A stretch of DNA of 64,000 nt from Chrysomallon squamiferum (taxonomy: Eukaryota > Animalia > Mollusca): contig CM022678.1 in assembly GCA_012295275.1 (NCBI GenBank), positions 3,286,001-3,350,000 on the forward strand, written 5' to 3'. This document shows positions 54,360-64,000 of this stretch, one piece after another; position 1 is the stretch's first letter; each line of letters starts with the position of its first letter. Position numbers and translations under genes: made by a program. The notes under the pieces were generated by a model, which was not told the DNA's origin, ran no database searches, and saw only the letters and a program-made list of their open reading frames with translations.

Positions 54360-57300
54360 TAATAATAATAATAGTAATAATAAATATTTGAAAAAACAAA
54401 CAAAAAACACTTAAACACAGAGTTTATTTTTACCTCAACTTTGAAACTGGTCTATCATGAAGAGAGTGAAAGATCCTGGTGACTTGACAACCACACCAAA
54501 CCCATCAAACATGAAGATGTTTCCATCTCTGTCTGCTGCACAGGTAACAGGATGTGACTTGGGTAACTCTGGCTTCACAATACTGCAGTCTTCACCTGTC
54601 ATACCTGGTGAACACTTGTCACAGATGTCACCGTTTCCCTTCCAGTTGTTGTCACACACACACTTGCCTGACTTGACATCACACACACCATGGTTGTTAC
54701 AGACTTCTCCATTTGTTCTGGGACAGGATAAGTCACAGGCAGTCCCCCAGAAACCACTGAAGCAGTTGCAGGTTCCAGTTTTAATATTGAAGTCTCCAAA
54801 CAGACATTTCTTTGAACAGTCTTTCCCAAGCCAGATAGGAAAATGGCGATCATCAAATTTGTTACATAGCATCTGAGCAGGCCAGGATTTTTCACCAAGC
54901 TCAACTTGACATTGTGTGGAATAGGTTATCACACTGTCCATAGCAGCCTGAACATTGTTTGAACTGTAAATGTCAAGGATGCATGAAGATGTGTAGACAT
55001 TTTCAGATGTTGTCAGAGATCCACATGGTGTCTTGAGTGTCTTGTCTTTGAACATTTTATCACAGAAGGTGACAGACTTTTTCAACAAGAACAGATTGTT
55101 AAGGACTATGGTCATCTTTACACTAATACTCATATCAGAAACAACCCACTGAGTCCCTGACTTTGACAAAACCATTGAAAATCCTTGTGTGATGTCCTGT
55201 ATTTGGTTTCCATACCCTGAGCTGAAGGTCCAGCCTAGAATCAGATGACTGTCTGCAACGACTGTATCAATGTATTTCCAGTGAGCAAGGATTGCTAATG
55301 GTGACAGTGGTCTTGGCCAGATGAAAACCTTTTGAATAATTCCAGTGAATGTTTTTGCTGTTGGCTGGACTGATGGGGAAGGAGACAGTTGCCATGTTCC
55401 TAGAGCTAACGATCCTCCTCCAGGGAAAGCTCCTATTCCAATGTTGATGATCTCATAGTTGTGGATGTTGTCACTGTGGATGTAATGGAAGATGAGGCTG
55501 CCAATGGATCTGCTATAGATGAGAGCAATGTGTGACCAAACATTTACTTCAACTGAGAGACCAGTAGTGAAAACAGACTCTCCAAAGTAAACTGTGAAAT
55601 ATCCATTTATCACAGCAACACCAAAGGTCTTGTTAAAAGCATAGGACAAAATAATTCCATTATAGGATTCTCCATCCTTTCCAGTGAGTTTTATCATCAC
55701 TTCAAGACACAGATAAGAACTGCTCAGTAAGTCATCTGAAATGGGTGAAGTTATCATCCATCCTTTGTCTATGTGAACTGCATAGCCTGAGATGTTTGCC
55801 TGTGAATTGGACACTGAAGCAAACAAGCTGGACTGTAAGTGGACTGCAAGTGAAGAGTAGTATTCAGTAACCTGAACAGAATCAAGAGTTTGTGATGCAT
55901 GCTGCAGTACAAAGGATGACAGACCTACTGAACTGATCAAACAAGCAACATCTCCATCTGAACATGAAGTCTGTACTGAGGGATGGCAAACTCCACAGAA
56001 TCCTTTAGTATTGTTACAGAGGTTTGCTGGTGAGGAGAGATGAAGGCTGAGGTAACCTTCCTCTATTAGCAACCTTAGAGTGAATCCAGCTTTTCCTCGT
56101 AGTTCATATGTAAACCTGTCCAGTCGAACCATGGTGAAGTCTTTGTTTATTTTATGTTTGTCTACAATGTTTATTATTTCATTATTTATTGATAGAGTGG
56201 TTGGAGTCAGAGCTGCAGCCACTACAATGGTATCAGAAATTTTAATAGCAGCTGAGTAGATGCAAGTTTTGAATTTCTTGCAAGGCCTGACATTAATTTC
56301 AGTATGTATTCCAATGTTAGTTTGCTGGTAAAATGTGAATATTCCTTCCAAATCCAAGTCCACCATGGCTCCATCGAGAGTACTGAGATGACCATTTGCT
56401 ATCAAGGAGCAAAAGTGAATGCCTTTTGTTGAAGTGGATGACTGGATTGCGATGCTGCAGTCTTTTCCGTGATGACCTGGAGCACACTTTGTGCAGGATT
56501 TGTCACTGTTGGTCTGGACCCAGTTCTTGTCACAGATACATGTACCTGATGAAGGGTCACATATTCCATGTCCATTACAAGTATTAGCTACTCCTCCTGG
56601 ACAAGTTTCTGAACATGATGCACCATAGAATCCTTGTCTACATGGACACACACCTGATCCAGATCCATACATGTAATCTGGGAAGAGACACTTTTCTTTA
56701 CAGTCAACTCCAGTCCAAGGTGAAAACTGACCAATCTCTTGACATAGAAACTGGGCAGGCCATTTATCCAGATGATAAGTCATTTCACATAGATCAGAAA
56801 AGGACATGACACTGATGGCTGATGATTCTATTAATGATGAAGCAGCAATGTCATCAAGACATGATGAATAGAAGAGTTCAGCATAATTTGTATACAAACT
56901 TCCACACTGATTTTGGAAGTGGGTTTGGAATATGAGACTCTTGCATTTTGTTTCTGCTTCCACCAGAAGTGATGAGTCTTTGAATCCATGACTGGAGATG
57001 ATGGTTTTAGTGTAACTGGTGCATAAGAAAGCCTCCACTGTGGTCTGTTGATGGTCCAGACATATCTAAAAAAATCAAAGAAATATCTGTGTTTGATGTC
57101 CATTATCACTGTTCCTTCTCCCTCATTGAACTGCCAATGGTTAAACAAAGTTGCTTCAGTGAGTGTAACTGTTAAACTGATGTGGTTGTGGATTTCAACG
57201 TAACTGAAAGCCTGGTGCCAGACCTTGAGTTCATCCACTTCACCTGTGTAATCTGCAATCGACACCAGATCAAAATGTTTCCCAGTAGGTACTGACCAAC

Positions 57301-60300
57301 CGCCAATGGTAGCAATTCCCTTTGATCTGAACACAAATTCTCTGGGTAAAGTTATTGTTTGTGATCTAATTTGATTGTTCTTGTCACTGATATGTATGTC
57401 AAGTTGATGAAGAGCTTTGGTGTAGACTAAAAACAGTTGAGTCCATTTTTTAACATGTGGGTTGAGTTGAGTATCAAAATCAGTAACTCCAGCTCTTATT
57501 TTTAGTGTCGTGTCAAGATAGATTCCAAACAGATTCTTGTAGCTGTAAGACAAAACAACACCAGTGGCAGAGTCTGGATTTATCATTATACCAATGGTGA
57601 AGTCTGAATTTTCTTTAATAGTGTCAAGCAGCACATCAGAAGAAATGGGCGAGTTGTTTAAGAAGAGTGAGTGTCCTGCTGCAGTTATCAGGTCCTTCTC
57701 GTGGTACACACTGTTGACATAGAGAACTGAGAAGAGACTTTCTGTCTTTGGTATCAGCCATGCATTGTATGGAAGTGAGGTTGAGATTTCTGAACTGTCA
57801 TTGTAGGAACACAAGCCACAGTTTGTTGAATCATCACAAAGCTGTGCTGGGTCTGACATCAGATTAAATGTGAGATGTTGTCCATGTACTCTAATCTTGA
57901 TGTGAAGGTTTACATTACTACTACTGACTAAGTACTCATAAGATGAACTCCACTGGAAGGTCAAGTGTTGTAGTGATTCAGTCAGATCTCTGACTTCCTG
58001 GCCATTAATCCAGACAGTGCCGAGTTTTGATCTGCTATAAGCAGCACGAATTACAACTGATTCTGTCTTTGATTCTATTCCAAATGCAGAAATACAGAGA
58101 GCTTGGTTGTCACATGGTACAGTCTTGATGCCAACTCTAATTTCTTTTCCAGAACTCTTCAAGATATAGTACTCACCTGGCTTTATCATGTTCATTGTTG
58201 ACTGTGAAAATGAAATCACCTTTCCATGTCCGAACATTGTACAAGTTTTATTTTTGGTTTCTTTTTCTGGAACAGGTTTTGGTTTGAATTTTTACAATCA
58301 GGACCAGTCCATTCTTCATTGCAGGTTTTACAGGAATCAGAAGAATTCCAAGATGGCTGACAGTCACAAATACCTGAGTCAGCTCTGCAGAAACCATTTC
58401 CATAACAAGGATTAGTTGCACCTCCAGGACAAACTGAACTGCAGTCGTATCCCCAGTATCCAGTCTTACACACACAGTGTCCACCTTCATCTGTCTTTCC
58501 AAATTTACAGTCACCTAGACAAAGCTCTGAGTACAGAGGATCATTTTTGTTTTTACATATCACTGAGGTTGGAGGTTTTTCAGGTCTCAGAATTTTCTGA
58601 CAGTATTTAATGAATGTTGTGATAATGGTAGAGCCTTCATCAGAACTTCCATAAACTGAGTCAGAAACACAGGCCATGTAGAAGTAGTTCTGAAAGCCAT
58701 TTCCCAGACCACTACATGGATCAGTCAATGAGGTATCAGTTAAAAGTCGTTCACATGATTTGATGTTTGTGGTTGGCCAGCGATACAGGGGTGGATAGAT
58801 CTGATCATGCAGTGACCACATTAGGTTGCTGTATGTCCACCTGAAACCGTTTAAAGGCAAGAACATCTTAATACCTCCGATAATGTCTTTTGAAATGTAA
58901 CCTGAACCTTCTGAAAATGACCAAATGGCTTGGATTCCTGTAAATTTGTTATCTATGGTTCTTCTTGCTGACTGTGTTATCTCATAAATGTTCAACATTC
59001 TGTTCCAAACTCTGACTTCATCAACAAGTCCATGATAAAAGATAACATCTACTGTGTTCTCTCCTCCTATTCTAACACAACCTGTGGCTAGATATAGTGT
59101 TCCACCGAAGACAAAAGACTCTGAAGTGATAATTCCCTGAGAAGTAATGTGGTATAAGAAAACTGTGGAAGTCTTCCGTTCTACAACCAGAGAAAGATGC
59201 TGCCACTGCTTCATGATGACAACTAGAGAAGAGTTGAATGTTGTGTCCCCAATTGTTAGTCTGATCTTCTCATTCAAGAGAGAGATTTTGATTTGTGTTG
59301 CAGCTTCATATATTAGGAGAGTGCCATCACCCTGATTTGGATTGATCTTCACACTGAAGGTTAAATCGTCGTCACTTGATATTGAATTTATTTTCTCTGA
59401 GTAGCAGCTGGCTGCTTGTAGATCCAGAGTGAATCCATCTCCTGTCAGATGTCTGGGTTCTGATTGGTCATCTACTGAATAAATGAATCCAGATGAAGAT
59501 GACATGTCGAGAGAGAAATAGTCTGCCACATCTTGATTAATGAGTTCTGCAGTTATATCAGCGAAAGCCAGATTTCCTTTAATTGTGATGAAGTCGTTGT
59601 CAAGGTTGTGGTCACAGTTTCCACACAGACCTCTTGCTTGTTCACAAGAAGTTGTCTTAGCTGTTAGAGTTATTTCTATGCTGGTGTAGTGCAATGACAA
59701 GGTGACAGTCACTGCATCTTTTAACTCAATGTCCATTTCCTTGTCTGAGTCTTTTTTCAAGTTTATCTCATCTGTGGCTTTGTATGATGTATCAAATGGA
59801 ACTTTATTTCCATTGTACCAGACAAGAAAAGATGATTGTTTCTGTGCAGTTGTTACAGTTACATTTCCCTGGCTGTCAGATATCCACAGCTGTTCAATAC
59901 AAATGGCTTTGTTTCCTGGACAAGGAACTTGTCTGATTCTGATTGTCATATTTCCTTCTTCAAACAGCAGAAACTCTCCAGATCTCTGCAGACTGTACAC
60001 TTGTCCATCAAACATTGTGAAGTGAGAGTAACCATAGACTAAACAGAGATAGTTCTCCAGGTTTTCACTAAGAGTAGTCACTACCTGACTGCAGTCATGT
60101 CCAGTCCACCCTTCAGCACAGGCACTGCAGTTGTCAAGGATACGGTTTCTGGGACAAATGCAAGTTCCATCTGATTTACAGATGCCAGAGTTGCAAGGTT
60201 TTCCTTCACTAAAGGGACACTTTTCACTGCATGTTGAACCAAAGAATCCTGGTAGACACTGACAAAGTGAATTCTTGCTGTTAGGAATACCAAACACACA

Positions 60301-62381
60301 TTGTTTGTCACAGTCTGTTCCTGTCCACAGAGGGAAATATCTTTGTGGGAAGAGGTTACAAAATGACTGGGCAGGCCAGGCTCCCAGCTGATTGTAAAAC
60401 TGACATGAATCAGCTAAAGCAAGGATAACTTCAAGAGAGTACTGGTTGTTGTGGAATGAAAGAGAGTTGAACACACACTGGTGATAGATTGCAGTGATGA
60501 AAGCAGGACCCAGAGAATTACAAGAGGCATTTATTAGAGAGGAATATATAAGTGAAGAACAGAATTCAGCAGCTGAATTTCCATCAGCTTGATGGTGATA
60601 AATGTTTATGTGAGAAGATGGGTAGGTGTATCTGAACTCTGACCTAACCCAGTCTGGTTTCCACCAAGGATCTTTCATCATGGACAAATTGAGACCAAGA
60701 ACAGCATCAGTGGCAGTGATTCCTGAACCTTCATCAAGTCTCCAGTGACAAGCCAAACTTGCCTCTCTGATTATCACCTCCTTGTAATACTTCCTGATCT
60801 GTACCACTGTTATTGCTGCCTGCCAAACTCTGACATCATCTATCATTCCATAGAAACTCCAGTATAGCTTCTCAGGCTGAGTGAAAACAGGATTCCACTG
60901 CCCAATCATTAATGTTCCAGAGTTTATGAATGGATGTCCTTTTGTTGATATTGTTACAGTGTCTGAGGCCATGTGAACTGAGTCTCTGAGTAGAAACAGG
61001 CTGATCACTCGAGATGTATCAGACCAGACAACAGCCAGATGATACCAGACATCAGCAGTCACTGACAATGAATGTGAATCATAGAGATTTCCTTCAAAGT
61101 AGACTGTGATGTGACGATTGCAGATCAACAATGAAATGACATCATTTTTCCTGAAGGACCAAACTGTTTGGCAAGAATCTGATTCGACTGAAGTTTTGAA
61201 TTTTATCTCAACTGATGCATCGTAACTGGTGAAGATCCTCAGTGGCTCACTGACTGCATTTGTCTTGTTAAACTTGAGGCTGTATCCTTGAGAATCAGCC
61301 ATGCTCTGCTGGTACAAGAAAACTGTATTTTCTGGTTTAACGTAGAATGACAAGCCAAACTCTCTGTGGATGGAAACTTGGTTTAGGTATGGAGCTGATG
61401 TGGAGGTCAGGACTGTTCCAGATTTGAGTCTGAAGTCATCAAACGCTGATCCACTGCATGATGAGAGAAGTCCTTTTGTTTTGTTACAGATGTTGTAGGC
61501 CAGTTTGACCTGCAGATCGAGACTGACAGTTTGAATAAAGACATCAACCACCACATCACTGTGTATGAAAACTCTCACCTGTCTCCCTGTTATCATTTCA
61601 CACTTCACTCCATCAGCTACAGCAAGCTCTGATCCTAGAACGTTTACTTCTTTCCCATTATAAATTATCATAAAATGATTTTCCTTGCTGTATATCTCAA
61701 TGGTGTTTGTTTCTATCACTATGGCAACAGCTTGAATAACAACTCCAGCCTCGTTGGCAGAAGACATCACCAACATGCAGTGAATTTTCAACACTGTCCC
61801 TGATATTGTTGTAGTGTCTACCACTACATGTTCACCAGTGTTGTGGTAGCTGTATGTTGAGCCATCAAATGTCATGAAGTAACCACTGCTATATGCACGG
61901 CCGTAATGTCTGGAATGTAGATCTACTTCAGCATCGCTGTGAGCAACAGCACAGTCAGAACCAAACCAACCTGGCTGACAAGTGCTGCAGTTTGTTTCTG
62001 CATCAGCATTGGTATAGCAGGAGCAGTGACCTGTGGCAGGGTCACAAAGCCCGTTTCCATAACAAGGATTACTAGAACCTCCTGGGCATTCATGTTCACA
62101 TGCATTTCCCCAGTAACCAGACAAACAGTAACACATTCCTGTTTCTTCTTTAGTATCTCTGTCATCCTGACAACAACAACAACAACAACAGCTATAAAAT
62201 GTTGATATGATGATACTATCAATTACATAAAAATAATGATTATGATCTTAATAACAATAATAATAACAGCAAAAATAACAATTATGATGATGATGAAAAT
62301 AATAACAATCATAATAATACTTATGATTATTTGGTACAATAATAGCAGTAATAGCAACTAACAATTATAATAATAATAATG

Positions 62382-62421
<40 letters not shown>

Positions 62422-62733
62422 TTAACAAAAATGAAGAATGTATATGCTTTCTGTTTTCTCAAATCCTTCTTCCCAAATAAACATTTTTTATCATTTTAAT
62501 GATCTGTTAAATTTGTTATTATTGCTAGTAAAAATATTATATACATGTGTATATTTATATTTCTTACAGGGAGGTAAGTACAGAACTGATTCTCATTTAT
62601 GTCTGTCATGTTAATTCCTGTGGTAAATTCTCTGTTTGACTTCATGTAAGCTAAATACCAGTAGATGGAGCTGCTTGATGTCAATGAACTGTAATAATAA
62701 TAATAATAATAATAATGATAATAATAATAGTAA

Positions 62734-62786
<53 letters not shown>

Positions 62787-63521
62787 TTAATAGTTTAATA
62801 ATGATAACAATAATAATAACAACAACAATAATAATAATAGTAATGATGATAATGGTAGTAATAATAATAATAATAATAATAGTAGTAGTAGTAGTAGTAG
62901 TGGTAGCAATAACAACAACAGCAAAAACAAAAACAAAAACAACAACAACAACAACAATAAGAAGAAAAAGAAGAATGATAATAATAATAATAGGTAATGA
63001 CATGCTGATATTCCTTACCTAACAGCAAAAGCATACTTCACAACACCAGGGCGGAACTTGGTGGGGAGAGGGACTGCTATGAACCCCATGCCAGTCAGGG
63101 TATTGGACTGCCCTTCTGGAATGTAGACATTGTGACTGTTGAGGTTGTTGTAGCCAAACCAAGCAGTGTATGCTCCTGAGCTGTTGGAGACACATTGGAA
63201 TTGTGGAATAACATTTTCTTTCCCATTGTCTCCATCTAATTTATCTTTATAAATTCCATGGTCTGTTATACAGGGAATGTCACATGAAGGTCCAACAAAA
63301 TCTAAATCAATAAATAAATAAATAATGATAAATAAGTAAATAAATAAATAACAACCAAACAATAAATAACAAACAAACAAACAAACAATTGAATAAATAA
63401 AGATGAATTAAATAAATAAAGAAAGAAAGAAAGAAACAGTGAAATAAATAACAATGTGTTTAACAAGATCAAGTATTTTGATCAAGAAATAGAATGAGAA
63501 ATAAATATGCATGTAGATACA

Positions 63522-63559
<38 letters not shown>

Positions 63560-63756
63560 ATATGGGCTGAAAGTCTTATTATTACAGAAGAACTGACAGA
63601 CAGAGACCAAAATAAAAAAAATATTTTGTCTTATGTACAAACCCTTATAACATTTGTTACAGCCTGGAGGAGCATATCCTGGTTGACATGTGTCACAAGA
63701 ATCTCCTGACCAGTGTCCATCCTTCTCGTCGGCATAACACACACAGTTGTCACTTC
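41775..63756 (-). CDS. Giant type-I membrane protein, 9 x [EGF-like repeats - VWD - LamG/pentraxin-like - C8-like] + TM + cytoplasmic tail; 5'-partial, ~6,060 aa in window
   Basis: Ten exons with GT-AG boundaries: 63643-63756, 63019-63301, 62568-62688, 54434-62166, 53741-54037, 52889-53132, 51892-52360, 51443-51540, 50771-50996, 41775-50368. Phases are consistent once 7 frameshifts are corrected. Recurrent motifs: CPGG..PC.GHG.C (EGF), TFDG...GLCG (VWD), F.G.IDEVR.W / W..DEG.G (LamG/ConA-like), C..D...WPA..LC (C8-like). Confidence 0.9.
50771..50996 (-). CDS. Giant protein exon containing an RRRRR polybasic site
   Basis: ttcAG|..DVISDVVDGIPIFLP...TTNTRRRRREVIQF...STFG|GTCAGT. Confidence 0.85.
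51443..51540 (-). CDS. Giant protein exon (LamG-like, module 5)
   Basis: tgtAG|..YIDNIEIQKHWNINYKGNEDGLVNLWKFDNVK|GTACAG; phases 2/1 fit. Confidence 0.85.
51892..52360 (-). CDS. Giant protein exon (LamG-like, module 5)
   Basis: ctgcAG|..PGSMLCFSDS...GFSGCIDELRVWE|GTAAGT. Confidence 0.88.
52727..52830 (+). mobile_element. Possible degenerate short interspersed repeat fragment (similar fragments near 34820-34910 and 51280-51350)
   Basis: gagaggaaacc...gattagca...tttatat...taccac..cctttgat..accagt resembles a gastropod interspersed repeat recalled from memory; not verified by search. Confidence 0.25.
52889..53132 (-). CDS. Giant protein exon (VWD end, module 5)
   Basis: ccaccAG|NTLCCGKAVMGLCGFCEC...YLEGK|GTAAAA. 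Confidence 0.85.
53741..54037 (-). CDS. Giant protein exon (VWD of module 5)
   Basis: gacAG|IKQAACLPPRNYDTCIISVSIG...VNFMIK|GTCAGT; 99 codons. Confidence 0.85.
54132..54345. repeat. ~109-bp AT-rich tandem duplication inside an intron
   Basis: aaagtattattaataataattataataatgaataataatagtaaataataaataatcgtaatataacagt occurs at 54132 and 54241. Confidence 0.8.
54434..62166 (-). CDS. Giant protein 7.7-kb internal exon (modules 1-4 and start of module 5)
   Basis: Joins ORFs 58216-62136, 56831-58237 and 54435-57038 through frameshifts near 58290, 57007 and 54445. Acceptor gtcAG at 62167, donor GAG|GTA at 54433. Confidence 0.85.
62568..62688 (-). CDS. Giant protein exon
   Basis: tacAG|..SLTSSSSIYWYLAYM...FCTYLP|GTAAGA; phases 2/0 join both neighbours. 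Confidence 0.8.
63019..63301 (-). CDS. Giant protein exon (EGF end + uncharacterised 'CV..YTAWFGY.N' domain)
   Basis: tttAG|..FVGPSCDIPC...VIPQFQCVSNSSGAYTAWFGYNNLN...FRPGVVKYAFAV|GTAAGG. Confidence 0.85.
63643..63756 (-). CDS. Giant protein exon (laminin-EGF-like)
   Basis: ttcAG|..SDNCVCYADEKDGHWSGDSCDTCQPGYAPPGCNKCYK|GT; phase 1/1. Confidence 0.85.
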
Positions 63757-64000
63757 CTGAATGTACAATATATAATTATGATTACAATTATGATGATGAT
63801 GATCATCATAATAATAACAATAGTAGTAGTGGTAATAGTAGTGTAGTAGAAATAATGATAGTAGTAGTAGTGGTAGTATGGTAGTAGTATAATAGTAGTA
63901 ATGATTCTGAAGATAAAATGTTAGTTATGATGATGATAAAATAATAACAATAACAATAATAATAATAATAATAATAATAGTAATACCGTAATATTAATAA

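Noticed and set aside
41775-62136. Reading the long ORFs as a tandem cluster of separate genes or as a decayed pseudogene
   Set aside because: ORF ends overlap mid-domain and join by 1-2 nt indels in runs; no internal signal peptides were seen, there is one TM segment, and no independent nonsense codons occur.
41855-62205. Many plus-strand and alternative-frame ORFs within the giant gene
   Set aside because: Antisense or out-of-frame shadows of the long minus-strand CDS.

Overview
Eukaryotic animal genomic DNA, AT-rich and packed with microsatellites; a mollusc/lophotrochozoan origin is a plausible inference. Three minus-strand protein-coding genes are supported. (1) Exons 1-2 of a Hey-family bHLH-Orange gene (ATG at 770, MKRSYSDDSDSE...SCQITDRKKRRG), missed by the ORF track and running off the left edge. 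(2) CCDC97 (4 coding exons, 35460-38313). (3) The 3' ~18.2 kb of coding sequence (~6,060 aa, 10 exons, 41775 to at least 63756, 5' end outside the window) of a giant single-pass membrane protein. It is built from nine tandem [EGF-like repeats - VWD - LamG/pentraxin-like - C8-like] modules, with an RRRRR furin-type site in the middle module, an N-terminal domain resembling a bacterial repeat, and a ~248-aa Tyr/Pro-motif tail. Eight single frameshifts, all in homopolymers or short repeats and with no nonsense codons, are most likely assembly errors. The ~34 kb gene-free region upstream of Hey is a chain of CpG-rich islands carrying Su(H)/RBPJ sites, about 20 CACGTG E-boxes, CRE/YY1/NRF1 motifs and a three-copy palindromic composite element. 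Nearly all other short ORFs are microsatellite artefacts. Motif counts were made by eye; no database searches were run.
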